Of a stretch of 64,000 nt of DNA, positions 17,658 to 25,800 are shown one piece after another. Below the pieces are notes generated by a model. The model had not been told where the DNA came from, did no database searches, and saw nothing but the letters and a program-made list of their open reading frames with translations. The position numbers and the translations under genes are program-made. Origin of the DNA: an uncultured Eubacteriales bacterium (GTDB lineage Bacteria; Bacillota; Clostridia; Oscillospirales; CAG-272); assembly GCA_900546695.1 (NCBI GenBank), contig URDX01000001.1:15441-79440 (forward strand). Reading direction: 5' to 3'. Each line of letters begins with the position of its first letter. Position 1 is the first letter of the stretch.

Positions 17658-20195
17658 ATGGCAAACAGATTTACTTCCGCCGCGAGTGATGCGCTCGGCT
17701 CCGCTATGGCAGCTGCGCGCAGTCTCGGGCACACATATATAGGCACCGAGCACATGCTGCTCGGTCTGCTCTCGGTAGAGGGCGCGGCAAAGCAGTTACT
17801 GACCGCAAGAGGTGCAAGCGAGGAACAGACCCGCGCCATGATAATAGAAATGGCGGGTAGCGGTTCACCGACGAATGTCGGTCCCGGGGACATGACCCCG
17901 AGAACCAAAAGACTCATCGAGTCCGCGGCACGCGAGTCCGCAAGGCTCGGACACAGCTATATAGGAACGGAGCATCTGCTGCTTGCCATGCTCGGCGAGC
18001 CGGATTGCGTAGCGCTCAGTCTGCTTTCGGCACAGGGCGTAGGGCTCGGTGAGCTCTCGAGCGACCTCGGCGACTTCTTCCGCCGCGGAGGCGGTCAGGG
18101 CACCGACGAGCAGGAGAGCGAGGGCGCGCCCGGTAAGGGCGGCGAGGAGAGCGCGCTGAAAAAATTCGGTCGCGACCTTACCGCACTCGCACGCGACGGC
18201 AAGATAGACCCCGTTATCGGTCGTGAGAAAGAGACCGAGCGTGTTATTCAGATACTCTCGCGCAGAACGAAGAACAACCCCTGCCTTATCGGTGAGCCCG
18301 GCGTCGGTAAAACCGCCGTCGTCGAGGGTCTTGCCCGCAGGATTGCCGAGGGCGTTGTGCCCGAAACACTTGAGGGCAAGCGCATTATAACGCTCGATAT
18401 CCCCGGAATGATAGCGGGAGCAAAATACCGCGGCGAGTTCGAGGACCGTATGAAGGGCGTTATGAAGGAGGTCTCCGAGGACAAGAGCATCATACTCTTT
18501 ATCGACGAGATACACACCATCATCGGTGCGGGCGCAGCAGAGGGTGCGGTCGATGCCGCAAACATCATCAAGCCCGCGCTCGCAAGAGGTGATATGCAGG
18601 TCATCGGTGCGACGACCATATCCGAGTACCGTGCGCATATCGAAAAGGATGCCGCGCTTGAGCGCCGTTTCCAGTCGGTATCGGTAGGCGAACCTACCCC
18701 CGAAGAGGCAGTGCTCATTCTCCGCGGACTGCGTGACAAGTACGAGGCGCATCACAAGGTAAAGATCACCGACGAGGCGATAGATGCCGCAGTCAAATAC
18801 TCCGTACGCTACATCGCAGACAGATATCTGCCCGACAAGGCGATAGACCTTATCGACGAGGCGGCATCTAAGGTCCGCATAGGCGCGCTGTCCGCTCCCG
18901 CTCCGATAAAGGAACTCGAGGAAAAGCTCAGAGCAGCCGCAGCCGAGAAGGAAGCCGCTGTTTCGAGTCAGGACTTTGAGCGTGCAGCCGAAAAGCGGGA
19001 CGAGGAAAAGCGTCTCGGCGAGGAGCTTGAGAAGGCAAAAGAAGGCTGGAAGAACCGCGACGAGATAAAGCACCTCTCCATCGGTGAGAGCGACATCGCG
19101 GAAATAGTCCATGCATGGACCGGTATTCCCGTCGAACGTCTCGGCGAGGATGAATCCGAGCGTCTGCTCCATCTCGAGGATGAGCTCCATCACCGCATCA
19201 TCGGTCAGAAGGACGCTGTAAGCGCCGTCTCAAGGGCTATACGCCGTGCGCGTGTAGGACTCGGCGATCCGCGCAGACCTATGGGCTCGTTCATCTTCCT
19301 CGGTCCTACCGGTGTAGGTAAGACCGAGCTCTGCAAGGCGCTTGCCGCTGCGCTGTTCGGCGACGAGAACGCTATGATAAGAATAGACATGAGCGAGTAT
19401 ATGGAGAAGCACTCGGTGTCTAAGATGATCGGTTCGCCTCCCGGCTATGTCGGCTTCGACGACGGCGGTCAGCTCACCGAGAAGATACGCCGCAACCCCT
19501 ACTCCGTCGTACTGTTCGACGAAATAGAAAAGGCGCATCCCGATGTGTTCAACATCCTGCTCCAGATACTTGAGGACGGTATCCTGACCGATGCGAAGGG
19601 TCGTAAGGTAAGCTTTAAGAACGCAATTATCATTATGACCTCGAATATCGGCGCGTCGAGCTTTACCGACCGCAGCGCAAAGCTCGGTTTCGGCGGCGAC
19701 GGCGACAAGGAAGGAGAGAGCGACGGCGAGCGCGTCCGCGAGAAGGTGCTTGAAGCACTCCGTTCGACCTTCCGCCCGGAGCTCATCAACCGTCTCGATG
19801 AGATAATCATCTTCGACCGCCTCAGCGCGGAAGAGATAGAGAGCATCGCACGTCTCATGCTCGGCTCGGTCGAAAAAAGACTCTCCGAGCGAGGCATCAC
19901 ATGCGAGTTCTCCCCCGAGGTCGTCTCGGTTCTCGCAAAGGAGGGCACCGACCCCGTGTACGGTGCACGCCCGATGCGCAGAGTTATTCAGAGCCGCGTA
20001 GAGGATGCTCTTTCTACCGAGATGCTGGAGGGCAGAATAACCGAGGGCAGCCGCGTCCGCGCAGTGCTTGACACCGACGGCAAGACTATCGTATTCAAAC
20101 CGATAGATGAGACCGCAGCACCCGCAGCAGAGACTGCCGCAGCAACCGCAGAGGAGACTTCCACCGCATCCGACGGCGACAGCGCCGATGCATAA
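17658..20195 (+). CDS. clpC: ATP-dependent Clp protease ATP-binding subunit ClpC
   Basis: It has Clp_N repeats, two AAA+ modules (GEPGVGKTA; GPTGVGKTE) and a UVR linker. Confidence 0.97.
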   Translation: MANRFTSAASDALGSAMAAARSLGHTYIGTEHMLLGLLSVEGAAKQLLTARGASEEQTRAMIIEMAGSGSPTNVGPGDMTPRTKRLIESAARESARLGHSYIGTEHLLLAMLGEPDCVALSLLSAQGVGLGELSSDLGDFFRRGGGQGTDEQESEGAPGKGGEESALKKFGRDLTALARDGKIDPVIGREKETERVIQILSRRTKNNPCLIGEPGVGKTAVVEGLARRIAEGVVPETLEGKRIITLDIPGMIAGAKYRGEFEDRMKGVMKEVSEDKSIILFIDEIHTIIGAGAAEGAVDAANIIKPALARGDMQVIGATTISEYRAHIEKDAALERRFQSVSVGEPTPEEAVLILRGLRDKYEAHHKVKITDEAIDAAVKYSVRYIADRYLPDKAIDLIDEAASKVRIGALSAPAPIKELEEKLRAAAAEKEAAVSSQDFERAAEKRDEEKRLGEELEKAKEGWKNRDEIKHLSIGESDIAEIVHAWTGIPVERLGEDESERLLHLEDELHHRIIGQKDAVSAVSRAIRRARVGLGDPRRPMGSFIFLGPTGVGKTELCKALAAALFGDENAMIRIDMSEYMEKHSVSKMIGSPPGYVGFDDGGQLTEKIRRNPYSVVLFDEIEKAHPDVFNILLQILEDGILTDAKGRKVSFKNAIIIMTSNIGASSFTDRSAKLGFGGDGDKEGESDGERVREKVLEALRSTFRPELINRLDEIIIFDRLSAEEIESIARLMLGSVEKRLSERGITCEFSPEVVSVLAKEGTDPVYGARPMRRVIQSRVEDALSTEMLEGRITEGSRVRAVLDTDGKTIVFKPIDETAAPAAETAAATAEETSTASDGDSADA

Positions 20196-20308
20196 TAACC
20201 TTGCGTAAATGCCGTCACGGTAATGGCATTACGTTAATACCCCAATGGAGTCATTACCGCGAGAAACACCCGCAGGTTAGTTACGACGAAAATCATCTGA
20301 GCAAAATT

Positions 20309-20350
20309 ATCCCGCATCATCCCATTATCGGAATGGTGCGGGATTTTTTT
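20309..20350 (+). terminator. clpC terminator
   Basis: The hairpin atcccgca...tgcgggat is followed by ttttttt. Confidence 0.75.
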
Positions 20351-20456
20351 GTGTTCTGCTATAAATATGCGGACACCGATACGCGGCGCGCCTCGTTGCC
20401 TGCTGCCCTTTCGATTCACTTTCTGTCAGTCTCTCTTTGCCGCTGTGCAATCGCCA

Positions 20457-20978
20457 TCACAACTCAAAGTGCTGCTGACCGCCGTCAAGCTCTGCCGTTC
20501 CGAGATTGATAAGCTCGAGCCCGCACTGCGCGGCGTATTTGACCGTCGCGGCGGTGCCGCCGTTTCTGCGGCTTGACAGGTAGCAGATGCAGACGGAGGA
20601 TGCGTCGACAAGCGCGCGGTTGCGCTCCTGCATGCAGCCCCGACCGTAGCTCTCGCGGATGTACCGCACCGAGTCTGCAGCAGCCGAGATGCTGTTGTAG
20701 ATGTCGATGCTCTCGCTGCTCCACCCCGCCGCCTGATCACGGCACGGAAGTATAAGATGCAGCCGCAGCCCCTGGTATTTATGCCGCAGTGAGAGCACCC
20801 GCAGCGCGGCGAGCGTATCAAAGCCGAGCGCGCCGCCCGCGAAATAATCGAGATATCCACGCGCGATAAGCGACTCCACCGCACAGTCGATACGCGCGGC
20901 GAGATCTGCATACCCGTCACGGGATATTATTCTGTGACCTGTAAAGCAGCAGCTTTTTTCTCGCTCCACCGACCTCAC
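20457..20978 (-). CDS. SLOG-family (DUF1273/YpsA-like) protein
   Basis: It has the N-terminal CCFTGHR motif and a Rossmann-like GGALGFD motif, and is about 170 aa long. Confidence 0.6.
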   Translation of the reverse strand: MRSVEREKSCCFTGHRIISRDGYADLAARIDCAVESLIARGYLDYFAGGALGFDTLAALRVLSLRHKYQGLRLHLILPCRDQAAGWSSESIDIYNSISAAADSVRYIRESYGRGCMQERNRALVDASSVCICYLSSRRNGGTAATVKYAAQCGLELINLGTAELDGGQQHFEL

Positions 20979-21171
20979 CTCGCCTTCCGATTTACCTTAT
21001 TGTACCACAACGGGAAAGGAATTGCAATAGCGAGCATCAAAGGTATACTGCATGACCGCGCTAAAGCTAATGCCGTTCTAAAAGTAATGTTTGCGAGTGT
21101 ATGTAAAAATATTTCGTCCGCGCTGCACCCATGCGGACACAATCCTAATACAGACACAATCCCATATGGAC

Positions 21172-21204
21172 AAAAAATCAGTGCCGACGCAAAAACATCG
21201 GCAC
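21172..21204 (-). terminator. glyA terminator
   Basis: On the minus strand the hairpin gtgccga-tgtttttgcg-tcggcac is followed by tgatttttt. Confidence 0.6.
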
Positions 21205-21362
21205 CGATCTCGGCAAATATTATTTATCCGTACACGTCGCAGGCCGTGCGGTCGGAACGCGACAGCTCACGGCTCGCATACAATCCCCGCGGGTCACCCT
21301 ACACAGACCCACTCTCGCAAATTACCGCTCGCGGGTGCTTCACGCAGATATACTCTCGCGAA

Positions 21363-22604
21363 TTACTGCTCGTAGATAGGATACTTATCGCAGAGTGCGA
21401 CGACCTCTGCGGTTATGCTGTCGCGGCTGCCCTCAAAATCGGTCGCCGTGTGCTTCATAAACCGTGCGATGGACACCATATCCTCCTCGGTAAAGCCGCG
21501 GGTTGTGACAGCGGGCGTACCGACGCGGATACCGCTCGTTACAAACGGGGTCTCGGGGTCGTTCGGAATAGCGTTCTTGTTGACCGTGATGTGCACCTCG
21601 TCGAGGCGGCGCTCCATCTCCTTACCCGTTATTCCGAACGGGCGCAGGTCAATAAGCATGAGATGGTTGTCGGTATCGCCGGAGACGATGCGGAAGCCCT
21701 CCGCCTTCAGCGCGTTGCAGAGCACCTTTGCGTTAGCGACGATGCGGCGCTGATAGTCGCGGAACTCCTCGGTCATAGCCTCGCCGAAAGCGACCGCCTT
21801 AGCTGCGATGATATGCTCAAGCGGTCCGCCCTGCGTACCCGGGAACACCGCCTTGTCTATCTGCTTTGCAAGAGCCTCCTTGCAGAGAATGAGTCCTCCG
21901 CGAGGTCCGCGCAGGGTCTTGTGGGTCGTTGTGGTGACAACGTCTGCATACGGAACGGGGCTCGGATGGAGACCTGCCGCGACAAGTCCCGCAATGTGCG
22001 CGATGTCGACCATCATGTACGCGCCTACCTCATCGCAGATTTCTCTGATGCGCGCAAAGTCGATGGTTCTCGAATATGCGCTTGCGCCCGAGATTATCAT
22101 CTTAGGCTTGCACTCGAGCGCGGTCGCTCTGAGCGCGTTGTAATCGAGCATTTCGGTATCGTCCGAAACGTTGTAGGGGACGATATTGAAGTACTTACCC
22201 GAGATGTTTACGGGCGAGCCGTGCGAGAGATGTCCGCCGTGCGCAAGGTTGAGACCCATAACGGTATCGCCGGGCTGAAGGAGCGCGAAGAACACCGCGA
22301 GATTCGCCGATGCGCCGCTGTGCGGCTGAACGTTTGCATGCTCCGCGCCGAAGAGCTTTTTAGCCCTGTCGCGCGCGATATTCTCGACGATATCGACATA
22401 CTGACATCCGCCGTAGTATCTCTTTCCGGGAAGACCCTCTGCGTACTTGTTTGTAAGTACGGTTCCCGCTGCGAGCAGAACGCCCTTTGAAACGATATTT
22501 TCGGACGCTATAAGCTCGATATTATGGCGCTGACGCTCAAGCTCGAGCGAGCATGCGTCGTACACCTCTTTGTCGTATGCGGCAAGTTCATCAAAAAAAT
22601 TCAT
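21363..22604 (-). CDS. glyA: Serine hydroxymethyltransferase
   Basis: [39 protein letters not shown]... matches GlyA. The ATG at 22604 is preceded by AAAAGGAG. The ORF-track N-terminal extension to 22736 covers the riboswitch. Confidence 0.97.
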   Translation of the reverse strand: MNFFDELAAYDKEVYDACSLELERQRHNIELIASENIVSKGVLLAAGTVLTNKYAEGLPGKRYYGGCQYVDIVENIARDRAKKLFGAEHANVQPHSGASANLAVFFALLQPGDTVMGLNLAHGGHLSHGSPVNISGKYFNIVPYNVSDDTEMLDYNALRATALECKPKMIISGASAYSRTIDFARIREICDEVGAYMMVDIAHIAGLVAAGLHPSPVPYADVVTTTTHKTLRGPRGGLILCKEALAKQIDKAVFPGTQGGPLEHIIAAKAVAFGEAMTEEFRDYQRRIVANAKVLCNALKAEGFRIVSGDTDNHLMLIDLRPFGITGKEMERRLDEVHITVNKNAIPNDPETPFVTSGIRVGTPAVTTRGFTEEDMVSIARFMKHTATDFEGSRDSITAEVVALCDKYPIYEQ

Positions 22605-22635
22605 GTTGCTGCTCCTTTTCGTTGGTTTATCGTCT

Positions 22636-22745
22636 GAAAAAGGGCGCACCCTCCCGCAAAAAGAAGGTGCGCCCAGACGGTCGGCATTATAAGTCCGCTG
22701 CTCCCCCGCGGTCGCCCGCGATATTCCGTCAGTCACAGAGAACCT
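22636..22745 (-). promoter_or_regulatory. ZTP (pfl-motif) riboswitch with intrinsic terminator
   Basis: The minus strand reads GTGACTGACGG...CGCGG-GCGA-CCGCG-GGGGAGC...GCCGACCGTCTGGGCG. The consensus is GACUGGCG...GGGGAGC...CCGCCUGGGC. The pseudoknot covaries as GACGG/CCGTC. The terminator gggcgcacc/ggtgcgccc plus ttttt overlaps the 3' subdomain. The element lies upstream of a folate/one-carbon gene. Confidence 0.8.
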
Positions 22746-22753
22746 CTGCGCTT

Positions 22754-22782
22754 ATTATAGCATACCGCCCGACCGATGTCAA
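22754..22782 (-). promoter_or_regulatory. glyA sigma-A promoter
   Basis: The minus strand reads TTGACA, a 17-nt spacer, then TATAAT. Both hexamers are consensus. Confidence 0.8.
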
Positions 22783-22838
22783 GCCGAAAATGCCGCGGAT
22801 AGGTAAAATTTTCGTTTCGCGCGGAGAATCACAGCAGC

Positions 22839-22937
22839 CTAAGTGCCATGTTGCCTAAGTGCCGCGACAAACTAAGTATCACGCAGCATAAGCGTCACGC
22901 AGGCCAAGTATCACGCGGTCAAAGTGTCACGGCAGCC
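22839..22937. repeat. Six degenerate tandem repeats, about 16-bp period
   Basis: The units are aagtgccatgttgcct, aagtgccgcgacaaact, aagtatcacgcagcat, aagcgtcacgcaggcc, aagtatcacgcggtca and aagtgtcacggcagcc. The last unit overlaps the stop codon of the 22927 gene. Confidence 0.8.
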
Positions 22938-24207
22938 GATTGCCGCCCTCCCTATCCTTAACCTCGCGCAGTGCCCTTATCTCACGTCCGAGTCTGCGTC
23001 TCGCGCCGAACGCCTTGTACGTAAGCCTGCGCAGTGCAAAAAACGGTATAAGATACGGCCTGCGATCGAGAAAGTCATAGTGACGGCGAAACCATGAAGC
23101 GGGCGGGAACGCGCGGCGGCGGAGATAACCGAGCCTGCCGAGCAGGGTCAGACGGTCGCCCGACGAATGCGCCATAATGTCGTTTATGATGCTGTATGAG
23201 ATATTACCGTACGTGCCGCAGGAGAGGCAGAGATCGACAATTTGCATCAGATCCTCATCAAGCCTCTGCGACAGCATATCCGGCTGCACGGGCTCCGAGA
23301 ACAGCGCGTACGCCGCACGTCTGAACAGCGCTTCGAGCCCGTCAAGCCCTATCCTTCTCAGCAGCTCCGCCGTTTCCGCATCGGGCTCCCCGCCCTTTGC
23401 GCGTGCGATGACATAGATGTCACACAGCGAGCGTATTCCCGTCCCGTGAGACAGAAGGTGCTTCCTTATATGTGCGAGGGTATATGCATACTCGTCGGCG
23501 GGGGTCATTCTGCGCGCGTAGCAGCTGCGGTCGGGTGACGTATCATCCCAAATCAGACGTTCTGAGATAGTCGAAAAATAATTCTGAAACAGCTCGATAC
23601 AGTCGGGAGCGATAAGGTCGACATGCATCTCATAGTTATATATCGGCGCGCGCGTGTAGGTATCGTGATGGTAGGTGCCGTAGCTGCTGACGGTATACCC
23701 GCGCCCTGTCATTATATCGCGCACCTGTGCCCTGCCCTTCGGATCGAACAGTATATCGTTATCCGACATCTCGCGCATTCCGACGGCGGGATAAAGCTGC
23801 TTTATGCCGATGCCCTTGAGCGTTGTGTGCCAAATTTTTGCGCGGTCAAGCTCCGCAAGAATCGCCGCGCGCTCGCAGTCAAGCAGCATTATCTTGCGCA
23901 CCGACTTTTCCCTGCGCTCACGCAGCTGCGCGAGTGCACGCGCGGTCGCCTCATCGGACGCGACAATGCCGTCGGATGCGACATTTCGGGATTTGTCGGA
24001 CGCGCTGTGCAAACCGTCTGAGTCGCCGTGCGAATCATAGACCCCCGCAGAAGCGAGTGCGGCGCAGCACATTGCGGAAACGCTGTGTCTCGCTGCCTCG
24101 CGCGCGATCTCGGGGATATTCATCCTCCGCAGCACGGCGGGCTCGGGCGGTATGCCGCCCAATGCCGATGCGAGCAGATATATAAGTCCTGCCTGATTTT
24201 CGGTCAT
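22927..24207 (-). CDS. Nucleotidyltransferase family protein (NTP_transf_5-like)
   Basis: The pattern LKGIGIKQLYPAVGMREMSDNDILFDP...RGYT...HHD...YEMH is typical of the uncharacterised nucleotidyltransferase family found in RiPP-type clusters. Its start overlaps the upstream stop (ATGA). Confidence 0.65.
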   Translation of the reverse strand: MTENQAGLIYLLASALGGIPPEPAVLRRMNIPEIAREAARHSVSAMCCAALASAGVYDSHGDSDGLHSASDKSRNVASDGIVASDEATARALAQLRERREKSVRKIMLLDCERAAILAELDRAKIWHTTLKGIGIKQLYPAVGMREMSDNDILFDPKGRAQVRDIMTGRGYTVSSYGTYHHDTYTRAPIYNYEMHVDLIAPDCIELFQNYFSTISERLIWDDTSPDRSCYARRMTPADEYAYTLAHIRKHLLSHGTGIRSLCDIYVIARAKGGEPDAETAELLRRIGLDGLEALFRRAAYALFSEPVQPDMLSQRLDEDLMQIVDLCLSCGTYGNISYSIINDIMAHSSGDRLTLLGRLGYLRRRAFPPASWFRRHYDFLDRRPYLIPFFALRRLTYKAFGARRRLGREIRALREVKDREGGNRLP

Positions 24208-24668
24208 TTCCGTATTCCTCCCATGCCGAGTGCCCGTGCGGCTCTGCGCGCCGCCCCGATAAGAGCCGCCCGACAGCGCAGCAATGCGATGCGCAGCCGA
24301 TAGGGCTTGCAGTACAGCGACACATACAAGCGATAGCCGAGCCCGCCCGTGCCGTGCTCGCGTCCGCGGCGGGTATACCCCGTCATGACGCCGATGACCC
24401 GCTCCTGCGGAATGCTGCGCTCAACGGTAATACAGTTGTCGCCGAGAATGTCATAGCTGTCACCGTTTACGCGAATAATGCGGTGCAGCACATAAGACTG
24501 CGGCGGGCGGGTATAAAGCACGACATCCCATCTGCGGCAGACCTCGCCGCCGTGCAGCGCGCGGACAGTGAATGCATCCCGCCCCTGCTTTATCAGCGGC
24601 AGCATGCTCACGCCGACATTTCTGTATGTCAGCTCACCGTAGCGCTCCAGATACTCCTCGTAGGTCAT
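24204..24668 (-). CDS. S24/S26-type serine peptidase-like protein
   Basis: It has a GVSMLPLIKQGRD motif of the GxSMxP type, plus VLHRIIRV...ILGDN. It overlaps both neighbours by ATGA. Confidence 0.6.
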   Translation of the reverse strand: MTYEEYLERYGELTYRNVGVSMLPLIKQGRDAFTVRALHGGEVCRRWDVVLYTRPPQSYVLHRIIRVNGDSYDILGDNCITVERSIPQERVIGVMTGYTRRGREHGTGGLGYRLYVSLYCKPYRLRIALLRCRAALIGAARRAARALGMGGIRK

Positions 24669-24922
24669 TCCTCGACGGCACCGACCGAGCGGAGCTTTTC
24701 GATAACCGCCTCCGCGTCGCTGCGCAGCCGCTCGCGCGGAGCGTCGTACTTTTCGTACATAGCGTCGACTATCGCATCAAGCGTTGTATCACTGCGCAGC
24801 TGCTCGACGATGAAAGCGGCTGTTTTGTTGTTGCGTATAACGCCCGAGAATGAATTTGAAATATCGACAAGCACCTGCTCGCCGTCGCTCATGTGCGAGA
24901 TAAATGTATCCTTAAGCTTCAT
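24665..24922 (-). CDS. PqqD-family peptide chaperone (RiPP recognition element)
   Basis: The 85-aa product is MKLKDTFISHMSDGEQVLVDISNSFSGVIRNNKTAAFIVEQLRSDTTLDAIVDAMYEKYDAPRERLRSDAEAVIEKLRSVGAVEE, which follows the classic PqqD layout. The rest of ORF 24665-25330 overlaps the upstream gene. Confidence 0.75.
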   Translation of the reverse strand: MKLKDTFISHMSDGEQVLVDISNSFSGVIRNNKTAAFIVEQLRSDTTLDAIVDAMYEKYDAPRERLRSDAEAVIEKLRSVGAVEE

Positions 24923-25725
24923 TTTTGTTCCCTTTCTGCGGTATTCTGCGCCCAGATGGTTTGACGCATGCCGAGATATGCCGTTATCGCCGCCTGCGGC
25001 TCCATGTTGCAGCACAGCGACCAGAGCGGGACGGAGTCCGCCATGCGGTCGACGAGCGAAAGCGTGCGCGCAAGCGCTGCGGGGCTGTGCGGGCGGTAGG
25101 TCTGCTGCAGCAGAAGCGGGTAAATATCCCGGCGGGCGGCGGGAAAGATGCTGTTGCGCTCCGCGCGCCCGAGAACGCACAGTCCGCGCAGCGGCACCGA
25201 TGTGTCGGTGCCGAGTCGGTGCTTGCCGTTCCACGGTGTGCCGTATGCGATGACTCTGCCGTCCTCGATGCGCAGCAGCGGCTTGTCGTCGTTTATCATG
25301 ACCGCGCGATCGCCGAAATACTCCCGCCACAGCCGTGTGTGCGTTGATTTTCCCGTGCCGCTTTTTGCGGTGAAGATGTAGCCCTCGCCGTCTACGGCGA
25401 TTACCGAGCCGTGAAACAGCACGGTATCATATTCGGGGAGACGTTCCGCTATCGCGCGGTAGACCGCGAGCGTTTCGAGATAGCCGTCACTCGGCGCGGG
25501 CTCGGCACAGTTTGCGGCATTCGCACAATCTAAAGCAGCGGCGCGACGCTCGGCTGTCCTGCTGCGCTCGGAAAGCGTGCGTTCGCGCGCGATGTCGGCC
25601 TCGGACACGTCGACTGTAAAGTCAGCGCTACGGCGGTCGTGACAGATGTACCCCTCGCAATATTTTTCTATGTACGGGTAAAGATTGTTTACCGCTATTC
25701 TTATATCTGCGAGCTTAATTATCAT
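24919..25725 (-). CDS. HPr-kinase-related (HprK-like) P-loop kinase
   Basis: The P-loop is FTAKSGTGKSTHT. Its size and its pairing with PqqD resemble the HprK-related kinases of lasso-type clusters. The RBS GGGAGG lies 7 nt upstream of the start. Confidence 0.65.
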   Translation of the reverse strand: MIIKLADIRIAVNNLYPYIEKYCEGYICHDRRSADFTVDVSEADIARERTLSERSRTAERRAAALDCANAANCAEPAPSDGYLETLAVYRAIAERLPEYDTVLFHGSVIAVDGEGYIFTAKSGTGKSTHTRLWREYFGDRAVMINDDKPLLRIEDGRVIAYGTPWNGKHRLGTDTSVPLRGLCVLGRAERNSIFPAARRDIYPLLLQQTYRPHSPAALARTLSLVDRMADSVPLWSLCCNMEPQAAITAYLGMRQTIWAQNTAEREQK

Positions 25726-25750
25726 TCCGCCGCCTCCCTTTTCTGCAAAT

Positions 25751-25780
25751 ATTCTATCACGGAACGACCCGCGCCGTCAA
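25751..25780 (-). promoter_or_regulatory. Promoter of the kinase-PqqD-peptidase-NTase operon
   Basis: The minus strand reads TTGACG, an 18-nt spacer, then TGaTAGAAT (extended -10). Confidence 0.5.
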
Positions 25781-25800
25781 CCGTTTTTGTGTGCCCTGCA

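Noticed and set aside
17865-19193. A 442-aa minus-strand ORF.
   Set aside because: It is antisense to clpC.
20934-22490. A 518-aa plus-strand ORF.
   Set aside because: It lies entirely antisense to glyA, whose product is an unmistakable SHMT. Its translation is Arg/Ala/Cys-rich with no motif. This is a typical shadow ORF of a high-GC gene.
22839-22937. A possible CRISPR array.
   Set aside because: The repeats are only about 16 bp, degenerate, and directly abutting with no spacers. No cas genes are in the window.
24923-25330. The upstream extension of the PqqD ORF, which would give a 221-aa version.
   Set aside because: It overlaps the HprK-like gene in another frame and is Arg/Ala-rich. 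The 85-aa version starting at 24922 is a complete PqqD domain, and its start overlaps the upstream stop (ATGA).
22927-25725. A canonical lasso-peptide biosynthetic cluster.
   Set aside because: No Asn-synthetase-like cyclase and no transglutaminase-like leader protease are present anywhere in the window. It is therefore reported as an orphan or novel RRE cassette instead.
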